This document shows, in pieces, positions 27,487-37,831 of a stretch of DNA of 56,322 bases. The position numbers were made by a program, and so were the translations under genes. The stretch's first letter is position 1; the number at the start of each line of letters is the position of its first letter. The notes below the pieces were generated by a model. The model had not been told where the DNA came from and made no database searches. It was given only the letters and a program-made list of their open reading frames with translations. This DNA comes from a bacterium (GTDB taxonomy: Bacteria; JAJRZV01), in NCBI GenBank assembly GCA_024275095.1, contig JAJRZV010000074.1, forward strand, positions 1-56,322. The letters are read 5' to 3'.

Positions 27487-29037
27487 ATGGCTACACCTCC
27501 AGACAAAACAAAATTCCATAGTATCCTCGCTGCACTTGTGAAAACCGTAAAAACCATCGGGATGTATCCTGAAGGCCATCCATCGCTGAAAAACGCGGCA
27601 GAAAAAAATTACAGATCGCTCGTACAGGAGCTGGGCGAGACAGGAAGAGTTGAAATCAAAATCAAGCGCAAGTCACTCACGGTAAACGAAACAGACATGC
27701 CAATGGAAGATCCCATTGCAACCGACCTTATAGAAACATGTTTCTGGCGTCGCATTGGCACTATAGAAATTTTCCCGAAAGTCTCATTCGACGAATTTCT
27801 GCTTTTTTGCAAATTACTGACACTGCCCCGAGAACAGTTTGAAGTGGAAACATTCGCGGAGGATTACCTGGCAAGAAATGAGATCAAACACATCTGGATC
27901 AACAACATTCCATTTCACGCCGTAAAAGAAAAGTACGAAAAACGCCTGGGCAGCTACAGTATCGACCAGCGAATGGTCAACTTCTTCAAACAATTAGAAG
28001 AGGAGAAAATAACCCCTGAAGTTTTATGGAATGCCCTGAGCCGCCTGAGCACTCTGGAGGAACCCAACGAATATTACAATCTCCTCAAGCGGGTTGTCCC
28101 TGCCGTGAGAAAAGCCCCTGTGGAGGAAAAAGAATTTGCAGAGGTTACGGTCGAAATAGCAAAGTTACTGGCTTCACACTTTACCAGTCAAGCCAAACAT
28201 CCCCTCATAAGGAAATTCGCTGGCGAAGGACTTCGCTCAATGGCCGACGAAAAAATTTTAAAAGTGCTGGCACGGGTTCTCATTCATTCTAAAAGTGACA
28301 AAAACATACCTCTCATCAATACTTTTGCAGCCATAGGACCTCTTGCGATCAAGCCCCTTGTAGAGGAATTGAAAACGCTAACAGACATGACCGCTGTAAC
28401 AAAATTAGCGCGTGTCCTTTCTCTTATGGGAGAAGAAGCATCAAGGCACGTAAAGCCTCTTCTCCAATCAGAAGATTTAAACCATGTGCGAAATGCGCTT
28501 CACGTCATGAGTGTGCTTCGCGATCCTCTTTCGGTAAAGGAAGTTGCTGCTTTTTTAAATCACGATAGTGCGCAGATACGGTCGTTTGCTTACAGAGCGT
28601 TGTTGAGCATCAGTACCCCGGAAAGCATCGAGCTTATGGTTTCTCACCTTCAAAAAGCTCCCGACGAAGAAGTGTTGCAAATTTTAGACAGTCTTCTCCG
28701 GGTCGCTTACCGAAGTAACGCGGAGCGATTAGAGCGAGCGGTGGTGGAATTGTTCAAAACACGTAAAAACATGGATTTGAAAATGAAACTTATGGATTTT
28801 CTCGCGACGTCCAGTTCATCTTTTGCACTCGATACCATTACTGCTGTAATTCTCAGAAAAGAAGGGTTCAGTAAATCCATTCCCCCTGAAAAACTCAGCA
28901 CCTTTGTAGAAAGAATATTCAAAATCCCTACAGGCCAAAAGGTAAAAATTCTCTACCGATTAATGACTGAAGGTAAAAACGACATTGTACGATTTGCTTC
29001 TCACAAATTGGGAGCATTTGCTGAGTTCTACCTGTAA
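27487..29037 (+). CDS. HEAT-repeat domain protein
   Basis: N-terminal YPEGHP domain; helical HEAT/PBS-like repeats (VRNALHVM, IRSFAYRAL). Confidence 0.75.
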   Translation: MATPPDKTKFHSILAALVKTVKTIGMYPEGHPSLKNAAEKNYRSLVQELGETGRVEIKIKRKSLTVNETDMPMEDPIATDLIETCFWRRIGTIEIFPKVSFDEFLLFCKLLTLPREQFEVETFAEDYLARNEIKHIWINNIPFHAVKEKYEKRLGSYSIDQRMVNFFKQLEEEKITPEVLWNALSRLSTLEEPNEYYNLLKRVVPAVRKAPVEEKEFAEVTVEIAKLLASHFTSQAKHPLIRKFAGEGLRSMADEKILKVLARVLIHSKSDKNIPLINTFAAIGPLAIKPLVEELKTLTDMTAVTKLARVLSLMGEEASRHVKPLLQSEDLNHVRNALHVMSVLRDPLSVKEVAAFLNHDSAQIRSFAYRALLSISTPESIELMVSHLQKAPDEEVLQILDSLLRVAYRSNAERLERAVVELFKTRKNMDLKMKLMDFLATSSSSFALDTITAVILRKEGFSKSIPPEKLSTFVERIFKIPTGQKVKILYRLMTEGKNDIVRFASHKLGAFAEFYL

Positions 29038-29040
29038 TCA

Positions 29041-30408
29041 ATGGACAAACACATCTTAGATGAAATAGCTTCATCCCTGATAGCTCTTGTTGGAGCGCTT
29101 CGTCTCTACCCTCCAGGTCATCCTGCTGTGAAAGGTCCTCTATCGCGCTTTCTCGATGCATCGCGTCCTTACATATTTGAAAAAAATCACCTCCTCATTC
29201 GCTTTTACGAAGACCTGATTGTGGTGGAAGGTGAACCCGCGTATGACCTTGCTGCTCAAAGCGAAGAGGTATGCAGGTTCTTTAAAGAAAAAGGAATAGA
29301 AGGTTTTGAACTTCACAGGGGAATTCAGGAATCAGACGTTGTTACTTTTCTTCAAACACTTTTAACCACGGATGCTCCTCCTGAAAAAATTCCGGAAATT
29401 CTTCAAGCACAGAACATCCACCGTATTACCCCGGTATCATTCCACAAGGAAGAAGACATATCCCGCAAGGCCAGGCGCATATATCGAGAAGCAAAAAAAT
29501 TCATCATAGATATCATGAGTGAAACGAAAACCGGTAAAACACCCAAAAGTGGTGAAAAAGCAGTGGAAATGATGGAAGAAATAGGTGACATAATGGATCA
29601 GGATATCAACGCCGTGCTTCCTCTCGTGATACTTCAAGATTACGACGAATATACTTTCAATCATTGTGTAAATGTGGGGATTCTGAGCCTCGCCCTTGCC
29701 AAAGCGGTGGAAATGCCTGTGGAAGAAGCCATAGCTATCGGTGTTGGAGGAATGCTGCACGACATTGGAAAAACAAAGGTTCCCAAAAACATTCTCTTGA
29801 AAACATCCAAGCTCACCACTGAAGAATGGGAGTTGTTAAAAGCTCACCCTGTATTCGGTGCCCAGATAGCAAAGGAAATGGGAAGCCTTGATGCTTACAC
29901 TATCAGAGTGATATATCAACATCATGTAGGCCTGAACCTTAAGGGATACCCGCAGCTCAAAAACCCGGACGAACTTGTCCGCGGTGCCATCATTGTCGCC
30001 ACCTGTGACAATTATGATGCCATGACAACACAGCGTCCCTATCAGATGCGCATGGATCCTTCGCAGGCCTTGAAAATTATGGAAAAGAAGGTGGGCTCAT
30101 TCCTTGATCCATTTATTTTTTCCAGATTCGTCCAGATGATGGGGAAATATCCACTGGGCTCCATTGTACGCCTTGATACCTCAGAAGTAGGGGTGGTATC
30201 CCGCGTCAACCTCAAGGAACCGGATCTTCCATATGTAAAAATCATCATGGACAGTCACGGAAACAAACTCGACAAACCATATGAAGTCAATACAGCCGAC
30301 CGTGACCCTGCCACCGGACAGCTTCGCCGAAGAATTGTCGACTTTGTCGACCCTTTAACACGGGGGCTTATAGAGGTAACACATTACTTTTCACTTGAAG
30401 AGGGATAG
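29041..30408 (+). CDS. HD-GYP cyclic di-nucleotide phosphodiesterase
   Basis: YTFNH, LHDIGK, HH..LN.KGYP, YDAMTTQRPY. Confidence 0.9.
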   Translation: MDKHILDEIASSLIALVGALRLYPPGHPAVKGPLSRFLDASRPYIFEKNHLLIRFYEDLIVVEGEPAYDLAAQSEEVCRFFKEKGIEGFELHRGIQESDVVTFLQTLLTTDAPPEKIPEILQAQNIHRITPVSFHKEEDISRKARRIYREAKKFIIDIMSETKTGKTPKSGEKAVEMMEEIGDIMDQDINAVLPLVILQDYDEYTFNHCVNVGILSLALAKAVEMPVEEAIAIGVGGMLHDIGKTKVPKNILLKTSKLTTEEWELLKAHPVFGAQIAKEMGSLDAYTIRVIYQHHVGLNLKGYPQLKNPDELVRGAIIVATCDNYDAMTTQRPYQMRMDPSQALKIMEKKVGSFLDPFIFSRFVQMMGKYPLGSIVRLDTSEVGVVSRVNLKEPDLPYVKIIMDSHGNKLDKPYEVNTADRDPATGQLRRRIVDFVDPLTRGLIEVTHYFSLEEG

Positions 30409-30499
30409 TACCGATCGGCCAGGATGCAACTGGGCCGACCGTCCCCCGCTTTCTCAAAGATGGAAAGGTCGTTTCTTCATTACCAGTGCTTCTATCGCT

Positions 30500-32278
30500 T
30501 CATATGCCAAATGGATATCTCTCAGCCTCGATGACTGCATCTGCAACCTTTATCTTGTATTCAATAGAGCTATACCCCAAGCGATCAAGCAACGTTTCTA
30601 TTTCCCTTGCAGCAGACACCACATCAGTAAGCCCGGTATACCTGCCTACTGATTCAACTGCGCATATGGTTTCAGTAACAAAGTCTTCAATCATCGCTTT
30701 GAGTACATTGAGATGAGCCTCGCTGTTTCCACGATACACCCGACGAATTGTAGAATCGAGCGCAAGAATATTAATAACCGCATTTGCAAGGAGCTCAATT
30801 ACAATTTCCTCCTCCTGAATTTTTTGCATGTACTTCATACCCGCCTGTTGAATCGCAACCACTACCAGCCTTTTCAGGAGTTCGTTCAATACTGCTTCAT
30901 TCTGAACTGCTCCAAGGTCAACATCAATATTGAACCCGGAAATATTCTTAATGTCCTCAGTCGCTTTGCCTGCAAAATCCATAAGGGGTATTTGGCCCTT
31001 CATCGCGCGCCGCATAATGGTGCCGAAGGTAACAAGCCGGTTGATTTCGTTGGTTCCCTCAAAAATGCGGTTAATACGGGCATCCCTGTAGGGCCTCTCT
31101 ACAGGGTATTCTTCCATATAACCGTACCCCCCGAAAATCTGGATAGCATCATCAATCACCTTACCGAGCGTTTCAGAACCATACACTTTGGCTGCAGAAT
31201 CCTCTATGTTATGTTCTTCAATCACGTCCACCATTTTCTTCCAGTAGTCTTCCCCCGAAGCATCAACACCGCACTTCAAACTTTCTATGTAAGATGCGAT
31301 TCTGAAAACAATGGACTCTAAAGCAAATGTACGTGCAACCATATCTGCGATTTTACGTTTAATCATCTGGAAGTTGGCAATGGGCTGACCAAACTGTTTT
31401 CTTTCCTTAGCATAGAGAATGGTCTCTCGAATAATTCTTTTGCATCCACCTGCACTTGATGCAGCAAGAGAAAAACGTCCGAGGTTGAGAGTATTGAATG
31501 CGATCTTATGACCACGACCGATCTGCCCAAGCACATTCTCAGCGGGAACCTTCGCATCTTCCAGGTATACGGCACACGTGGAAGACCCGTGCAATCCCAT
31601 CTTTTTCTCCTCTGGTCCAACAGAAACACCCGGATAATCTTTTTCCACAATAAATCCTGTAAACTTTTCGCCGTCAATTTTGGCGTACACGATGAACATA
31701 TCAGCGAATCCTGAGTTTGTGATCCATTGCTTGGAACCATTGAGAATGTAGTACTTTCCATCAGAAGAAAGTTCCGCCTTTGTCTTGATGGACATGGCAT
31801 CTGAACCCGCTGTAGGTTCGGTGAGAGCGTAGGCGGATATTTTCTCCGCCGTTGCGAGAAGAGGCAGGTACTTCTTCTTCTGATCTTCGGTTCCGAAGTA
31901 AAGAATTGGCATCGTCCCGATAACACAATGAGCACCGATGGTGGCGGAGAAAGATGCATTACCCGCAAGTTTTTCTTTAACAATGGCCGAGGAAATTTTG
32001 TCCATACCAAGGCCTCCGTATTGTTCGGGAATATCCACCATCGTTAAACCCAATTCCGCAGCCTTCCTGAGAAGCATCTTGTTCAACTCGTACTTTTTCT
32101 CCCCTTCGAGGTCTTCGATTACGGGAATCACCTCTTTTTCAACAAAATCGTCGGCAGTCTTGGCGAGCATTTTGTGTTCTTCGGTAGCCCCTTCCGGGTA
32201 CATCTCATCCCCTTCAGTGACACCTTTCATAAGAAATTCACCACCCTTTAATGGCTCCATGTTTTTAAATTCACTCAT
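30500..32278 (-). CDS. Acyl-CoA dehydrogenase (long, FadE/VLCAD-like)
   Basis: YALTEPTAGSDA, GSKQWITN, QIFGGYGYMEEY, IFEGTNEINR plus C-terminal extension. Confidence 0.93.
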   Translation of the reverse strand: MSEFKNMEPLKGGEFLMKGVTEGDEMYPEGATEEHKMLAKTADDFVEKEVIPVIEDLEGEKKYELNKMLLRKAAELGLTMVDIPEQYGGLGMDKISSAIVKEKLAGNASFSATIGAHCVIGTMPILYFGTEDQKKKYLPLLATAEKISAYALTEPTAGSDAMSIKTKAELSSDGKYYILNGSKQWITNSGFADMFIVYAKIDGEKFTGFIVEKDYPGVSVGPEEKKMGLHGSSTCAVYLEDAKVPAENVLGQIGRGHKIAFNTLNLGRFSLAASSAGGCKRIIRETILYAKERKQFGQPIANFQMIKRKIADMVARTFALESIVFRIASYIESLKCGVDASGEDYWKKMVDVIEEHNIEDSAAKVYGSETLGKVIDDAIQIFGGYGYMEEYPVERPYRDARINRIFEGTNEINRLVTFGTIMRRAMKGQIPLMDFAGKATEDIKNISGFNIDVDLGAVQNEAVLNELLKRLVVVAIQQAGMKYMQKIQEEEIVIELLANAVINILALDSTIRRVYRGNSEAHLNVLKAMIEDFVTETICAVESVGRYTGLTDVVSAAREIETLLDRLGYSSIEYKIKVADAVIEAERYPFGI

Positions 32279-32314
32279 GACATCACCTCTCCACTTTTAT
32301 TGGTTTTCAATAAA

Positions 32315-32332
32315 TGAATGATTATTCATTCA
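32315..32332. promoter_or_regulatory. FadR(YsiA)/TetR-type operator TGAATGA-N4-TCATTCA in the acyl-CoA dehydrogenase promoter
   Basis: Perfect 7-bp inverted repeat lying between a minus-strand TTGACA (32341-32346) and the gene start. Confidence 0.75.
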
Positions 32333-32379
32333 CTCGGCTTTGTCAAGTTTCTTCCGCAATGGCACTGCCTGGATTTGCG

Positions 32380-33273
32380 TTACTGGATAAGAAGATGCTT
32401 GAGAACAGCTTTTGCTGTGTGAAGTCGGTTTTCTGCTTCTTGAAAAATCATTTCTGCAAAACGCTCAAAAACAGCTTCTGAAATTTCATATCCTTTGTAA
32501 GCGGGGAGGCAATGAAGCACAATGACATCTTCTGAAGCTACTGCTACCAGTCTTTCATCCACAGTAAAACCCGCAAAGTCGCGCAGGCGTTCTTCTTTCT
32601 CTTCTTCCATGCCCATACTTACCCACACATCTGTTGCGATGACATCTGCACCTTCACAGGCAACACAAGGATCATGAAAGATTTTCACATCACTCCCACG
32701 CGCAAGATCCTTCACGTGTGCTTCGGACGGTGTATATTTTTCTGGCACAGCAATGTGCAAACGGTAGCCAAAACATCCCGCACCTTCAATCCACGAATTG
32801 CACACATTATTCACATCACCCACGTAGGCAATACACAGGTCCTCAATACGACCCTTGTATTCTTTAACAGTCATCACGTCAGCAAGAAGTTGAAGTGGAT
32901 GGTGTTCATCGGTAAGAGCATTAATTACAGGCACGCGTGACCATTTTGCAAACTCTTCGACACGTGCATGTTCAAAGGTTCTTATGGCAATGGCGTCCAC
33001 AAACCTTGACAGGACACGTGCCGTATCAGAAATGGACTCTCCCCGACCAAGTTGCATATCGCGTGACGAAAGCACCAAGGGATACCCTTCCATGGAGCTC
33101 ACAGCCACTTCCAGCGATACACGTGTGCGCGTGGAGGGCTTCTCAAATATAAGAGCGACGTGTTTCCCTTTTAAGGACACCTGAAGTTCGCATTTCTTCA
33201 TGGAGATGGCATCATTCACTATCTGGATCAACTCTTCCCTGCTGAGATCCCGGAGTCTCAAAAAATGCTTCAC
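32380..33273 (-). CDS. argF: Ornithine carbamoyltransferase
   Basis: STRT, HPLQ, DVWVSMG, HCLP; likely GTG start overlapping the argD stop. Confidence 0.93.
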   Translation of the reverse strand: MKHFLRLRDLSREELIQIVNDAISMKKCELQVSLKGKHVALIFEKPSTRTRVSLEVAVSSMEGYPLVLSSRDMQLGRGESISDTARVLSRFVDAIAIRTFEHARVEEFAKWSRVPVINALTDEHHPLQLLADVMTVKEYKGRIEDLCIAYVGDVNNVCNSWIEGAGCFGYRLHIAVPEKYTPSEAHVKDLARGSDVKIFHDPCVACEGADVIATDVWVSMGMEEEKEERLRDFAGFTVDERLVAVASEDVIVLHCLPAYKGYEISEAVFERFAEMIFQEAENRLHTAKAVLKHLLIQ

Positions 33274-34478
33274 TGAAAATCCTCCCTTAAACATTGCTCC
33301 AAAACCTTTACTGCCTTTCTCACTTCTACTGGTTTTACAGTCAGGGGAGGAAGGAAACGAAGTGTATTTTCACCTGCACGCGTCAGCAGCACGCCCCGAT
33401 TAAGACATCCATTTATCACATCCTTTACAGGTACGTTAACGTCAACACCCCAAACGAGCCCCGTTCCCCTGATTTCTCCCACAACATCAGGCATTCTTTC
33501 ACGAAGAGAGAGCAGGAGTTCCCTTAGAAATTGACCTTTATTCCTGACACTTTGAAGAAACCTTTCAGATTTTACTGTTTTCACAACAGCCAGTCCTGCT
33601 GCACACGCAACAGGATTTCCCCCGAACGTCGAGGCATGATCACCGGGACCTAAATGTTCCTGAACACGAGGTCCAACAATAATCGCCGAAAGCGGCAGTC
33701 CTCCACCCAAAGCCTTGGCTGAAAGAATCACGTCTGGTTGGACACCATAATGTTGAAAAGCAAAAAAACAACCAGTCCGTCCAAGCCCGGACTGGATCTC
33801 GTCGACAACCAGAAGCACTCCAAAAACCCTGCATAACCTCTCTATCTCTTGAACGTACTGCTTTTCAGCAGGCCGTATTCCCGCGCCTTCAATTTGGATG
33901 ACCTCTGTAAACACAGCGCATACATCTTTTGTGAGCTCGCGCTTCAGGGTTTGAATATCTCCAAAAGGGACAAATTTGACCCCCCTGAGTAAAGGCCCAA
34001 AGTTTTTACGGTAATGACGCCCCCAGGTAAGGGAAAGAGCACCAGCAGTGCGACCATGAAAAGAACCCTCCATGGCGATAATCTTCCAGCAGCTTTTACC
34101 TCTCGTTTGAATTCCATATCTTCGTGCGAATTTGATGGCTCCCTCAACAGCTTCTGCACCTGAATTTCCGAAAAACACTTGGTAACCTGGAAGGTGTCCT
34201 GTCAGTTCGCGGGCCAGCTCGGCTTGTACGTCACTATAAAAAAGATTGGATACATGCATATACCGCTGTGTTTGTTCTTTTACAGCCTTCACAACACGAG
34301 GGTGACAGTGCCCCAGGTTAAGGACTCCAATACCAGACGTAAAGTCCAGATATGCTCTGCCATCGCGATCGTAAAGCCACGATCCAGCTGCTCTCTCAAC
34401 ACTCAGTGGAAATCGAGAATACGTGCCAAGAATATGAGCCTCTGAAAGCTCTATATCACGAATGTTTTTTTTTCTCAC
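33270..34478 (-). CDS. argD: Acetylornithine aminotransferase
   Basis: NSGAEA, FHGRT, DEIQSGLGRTG, AKALGGG, STFGGNP; lies between argB and argF. Confidence 0.92.
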   Translation of the reverse strand: MRKKNIRDIELSEAHILGTYSRFPLSVERAAGSWLYDRDGRAYLDFTSGIGVLNLGHCHPRVVKAVKEQTQRYMHVSNLFYSDVQAELARELTGHLPGYQVFFGNSGAEAVEGAIKFARRYGIQTRGKSCWKIIAMEGSFHGRTAGALSLTWGRHYRKNFGPLLRGVKFVPFGDIQTLKRELTKDVCAVFTEVIQIEGAGIRPAEKQYVQEIERLCRVFGVLLVVDEIQSGLGRTGCFFAFQHYGVQPDVILSAKALGGGLPLSAIIVGPRVQEHLGPGDHASTFGGNPVACAAGLAVVKTVKSERFLQSVRNKGQFLRELLLSLRERMPDVVGEIRGTGLVWGVDVNVPVKDVINGCLNRGVLLTRAGENTLRFLPPLTVKPVEVRKAVKVLEQCLREDFQ

Positions 34479-35335
34479 GCTATGAACTCCGTACCAATTC
34501 CCTCACGTGTGAAAATCTCCAGAAGAACCGCGTGCTCAACAGTACCGTTGATAATGTGGGATTTGGTTACACCACCCTCCACCGCACCCAAGCACGCCTG
34601 AACCTTGGGTATCATTCCCTCTGCAATAATTCCTTCCTTGAGGTACCTGCGCACTTTGCGTCGGTTCATGCTGTGGACATGCCTACTGCGCTTATCCAGA
34701 ACCCCGTCCACATCTGTAAGCATCATCAGTTTTTCAGCCTTTAAAGACACGGCTATCTTAGAAGCAGCCTCATCAGCGTTAATGTTTACAGCCTCGCCAT
34801 TGTGTGTTACTCCGGTAGGCATAATCACTGGTATAAAACCTTCACGTACCAGTCGCTGAATCACCTCTGCATCCACACGTTCGACTTCTCCTACCAGCCC
34901 TATATCTTTTCCCTTTGGTGCAATTTTCCGGGCAATAATACATGCACTGTCATTTCCCGAAAGACCAATGGCCCTGCCCCCGTACTGATTGATGAGTCTT
35001 ACTATCTCCATGTTCAGACGCGCAAGAGCCATTTCCACATATTTAAGTGTTTCATTATCTGTTACTCGCAACCCCTGAAAAAACTTAGGTTTTTTGCCCA
35101 TGCGTTCAAGTAGTTTGTTAATTTCAGGCCCCCCTCCATGAACCACCACAACACCAATTCCCACAAGCCGTAAAAGCGCCACATCCTGTGCAAACTGGTG
35201 GAGATTTTCCCCACTGGTCAGTACCTTGCCACCAATTTTAATCACAAAGAGTTTCCCTGCAAATGTACGAATGTACGGTAAAGCTTCAAGTAACACCCGC
35301 GCTTTCTCAATCAGTTCCTTCACGGAAGTCCTCAA
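34475..35335 (-). CDS. argB: Acetylglutamate kinase
   Basis: EALPYI, IKIGG, VHGGGP, GLRVT, NINAD, GMIPK. Confidence 0.95.
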   Translation of the reverse strand: MRTSVKELIEKARVLLEALPYIRTFAGKLFVIKIGGKVLTSGENLHQFAQDVALLRLVGIGVVVVHGGGPEINKLLERMGKKPKFFQGLRVTDNETLKYVEMALARLNMEIVRLINQYGGRAIGLSGNDSACIIARKIAPKGKDIGLVGEVERVDAEVIQRLVREGFIPVIMPTGVTHNGEAVNINADEAASKIAVSLKAEKLMMLTDVDGVLDKRSRHVHSMNRRKVRRYLKEGIIAEGMIPKVQACLGAVEGGVTKSHIINGTVEHAVLLEIFTREGIGTEFIA

Positions 35336-35580
35336 TCAATCTCTATGAAATAATCCTCTGTAACGGGATTGGCGAGCAGTTTGCGGCACATATCTTTGAC
35401 TGCATCCTCTACTTTGGACCTGTTTTCGGCTGCCATTTTCAACGATATAACCTTACCCATACGAACATCAGAAAGCCCTTTGAAGCCCAGCTTCTTCAGT
35501 GACTGCTCTACCGTCTTCCCCTGAGGATCAAGCAGACCCTCTCGCGGCATCACTATTACCCTCACTTTAAAAAACTTCAA
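35332..35580 (-). CDS. purS: Phosphoribosylformylglycinamidine synthase subunit PurS
   Basis: LDPQG...VRMGK...LLANPVTEDY; TTG start behind GGAGG, overlapping the purB stop. Confidence 0.92.
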   Translation of the reverse strand: MKFFKVRVIVMPREGLLDPQGKTVEQSLKKLGFKGLSDVRMGKVISLKMAAENRSKVEDAVKDMCRKLLANPVTEDYFIEID

Positions 35581-36902
35581 TTCAAAACCTCCAGCACTTT
35601 CTTCCACTCCTCTCTCACGCGATCAATAATCAAGCCAGTGTGTCGAAGCGCGTGCTTCATATCAAAACATTTATCCAGCTCTTCCGCTGAAAGATACGAC
35701 ATGATTTCTTCGTCAGCCTTTAAATACTCCAGAAATTCTCCACCTTCGTCCCAGCATTTCAGGGCGTTACGCTGAACAAGAATATAGGCCTGGTCTCTAC
35801 TAAGTCCTTTATCAATAAGAGCCAGAAGCACCGACTCGCTGAATACAAGCCCCCTGGTGAGATTGAGATTCGCTACGGCCTGTGCCACATCTACCTGAAG
35901 TCCCTCGAGGATGTTCTTTAATCTGTTGAGCATAAAGTCAGTTGCAATGGTGGCATCCGGTGCAATAACCCGTTCCACCGATGAATGACTGATATCCCGC
36001 TCATGCCACAGGGGCATGTTTTCCAGGGCCGCCAGAGTATACGAACGAACCAGCCGTGCCAAGCCCGTGATATTTTCCGAAAGTACAGGATTCTTTTTGT
36101 GAGGCATCGCAGAGGACCCTCTTTGACCTCGACCAAAAGGTTCCCACACTTCACGCACCTCTGTACGCTGAAGGTGGCGTATTTCAACCGCGATTCTTTC
36201 CACCATTCCTGCACAAAGCGCCAGTGCCGTGAAAAATGCAGCGTGACGATCTCTTGGCACTACCTGGGTAGACACAGGTTCTGGTCTAAGCCCGAGCAAC
36301 TCAAGAGCTCTGCGTTCTAAATCCGGAGAGACGTGTCCGTATACACCCACAGCTCCTGATATTTTACCGACAGAAATTTCTTTAACAGCCTCCTTCATCC
36401 GTTTTACATTCCTCGCTGTCTCAGAGAGCCAGGACGCAAATTTCACCCCAAGGGTGATAGGTTCCGCATGAATACCGTGTGTGCGTCCCACGGCAGGAGC
36501 ATCTGAATACTCAAGCATCAGCGACTCTATAACTTCTCCAACCTTTTTGAGGTCATCCAGCAAAATATATCCCGCCTCCCGTAACTGAAGAGCAAAAGCT
36601 GTGTCCAGCACATCTGAAGATGTCATTCCAAAATGAAGAAAACGCACATCTTCAGGATTTGCCTGTTCAGCCACGTGCACAAGAAACGCAATGACATCAT
36701 GACGAACCGTATTTTCAATTTCCTGGATACGCGATACATTAATTTTTACCCTTTCCCTTACTCGTTGAGATGCCCCACGTGGTATTCTGCCCTCTTCTTC
36801 AAATACTTTTAATACTGCAAGCTCTACATCAAGCCAGAGATTAAACTTTCTTTCCTCCGTCCATACAGCCTGCATTTCTTTACGTGTGTATCGTGGAATC
36901 AT
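35577..36902 (-). CDS. purB: Adenylosuccinate lyase
   Basis: MIPRY, RHDV, TSSD, GRTHGIHAEP, SSAMPHKKNP, HERDISHSSVER. Confidence 0.96.
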   Translation of the reverse strand: MIPRYTRKEMQAVWTEERKFNLWLDVELAVLKVFEEEGRIPRGASQRVRERVKINVSRIQEIENTVRHDVIAFLVHVAEQANPEDVRFLHFGMTSSDVLDTAFALQLREAGYILLDDLKKVGEVIESLMLEYSDAPAVGRTHGIHAEPITLGVKFASWLSETARNVKRMKEAVKEISVGKISGAVGVYGHVSPDLERRALELLGLRPEPVSTQVVPRDRHAAFFTALALCAGMVERIAVEIRHLQRTEVREVWEPFGRGQRGSSAMPHKKNPVLSENITGLARLVRSYTLAALENMPLWHERDISHSSVERVIAPDATIATDFMLNRLKNILEGLQVDVAQAVANLNLTRGLVFSESVLLALIDKGLSRDQAYILVQRNALKCWDEGGEFLEYLKADEEIMSYLSAEELDKCFDMKHALRHTGLIIDRVREEWKKVLEVLN

Positions 36903-37387
36903 TTTGCCACCACTTTGAAACGCATGGTCGCGAGATTAAAACCTTCCGAATCATACACTTCACATCGACCTGTACCTTCAAAATCAGGAGGAATTCGCTT
37001 ACTGGAATACGTACGATAATTAGAAGAACGAATAGGCAAACGGATTGTGGCCGCCTTCTGATTGTTCAGATACCACACATGTGTTATGTAAACCTTCTTG
37101 CGTGCTCCCGTCACCCGCGTAAAACAATAAAGTTTCCTCACGCCCTTGGGGAATTCTTTACCAACACCAATAGGCCGCCTCTCTCGAACATCACGTGCAA
37201 TATAACCCTCTTCAACGCCTATTTTCCCCTCATCTATATTAAAAGAACCCGAAAGATACTTTTTGTATTTCACTCCGGTATTTTCCCTTGTTTTTGGCTT
37301 TTCCTCGGGTGCGGCTTTAGCATGCAGCACGTTCTGAGAAACAAATAATCCCACAATCAGTACAAAAAGTACCATGCGATGTCCCAT
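36899..37387 (-). CDS. DUF2914-like secreted protein
   Basis: Signal peptide; LYCFTRV...ITHVWY...YRTYSSK..P...G...CEV; overlaps the purB start. Confidence 0.75.
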   Translation of the reverse strand: MGHRMVLFVLIVGLFVSQNVLHAKAAPEEKPKTRENTGVKYKKYLSGSFNIDEGKIGVEEGYIARDVRERRPIGVGKEFPKGVRKLYCFTRVTGARKKVYITHVWYLNNQKAATIRLPIRSSNYRTYSSKRIPPDFEGTGRCEVYDSEGFNLATMRFKVVAK

Positions 37388-37453
37388 CTCAAACATCTCC
37401 TGAAGCAGAATATAATAAATATAAATCAACGGAGCGTAAGTTGTCACTACTAT

Positions 37454-37622
37454 ACTTATATTACCCACCCGCCCGAGCCCTGATTATTCGGCGCACCCTG
37501 CAATTCTTATATTGCCCAATCCACCCGAGCCTTACTTTTCGGCACGCACCAATCACGCGTGCCGTGCGCGCCGAACTTTATATTCCCAACCGATCCCTCT
37601 GATTCTTTGCCGGCGCGCAATC
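37454..37622. repeat. Cluster of three degenerate direct repeats (ACTT(T)ATATT.CCCA family)
   Basis: Copies at ~37454, ~37505, ~37575; shares GCCGAACTT and GGCGCGCAATC with the 3209-3345 cluster. Confidence 0.7.
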
Positions 37623-37653
37623 CACATGCGCACCTCCTGTTTCGCAGCATCCG

Positions 37654-37831
37654 GTCACTGCGAGGAGTTACACCAAAGGCAGGACGACGAACCAGTCCCA
37701 GAGATTGCTTCGCACTGCTATAGCAGCGCTCGCAATGACGGCGCTTCCTCAGTCACTGCGAGGAGCGAGCACGCCTCTGGTAAATGCCCTTACCAGTCAT
37801 TGCGAGGGAGCGAAGCGACCGAAGCAATCTC
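37654..37831. repeat. REP-like palindrome cluster (GTCA(C/T)TGCGAG family)
   Basis: GTCACTGCGAG 37654, GATTGCTTCG..CTCGCAATGAC to 37739, GTCACTGCGAG 37752, GTCATTGCGAG..GAAGCAATCTC 37796-37831. Confidence 0.85.
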
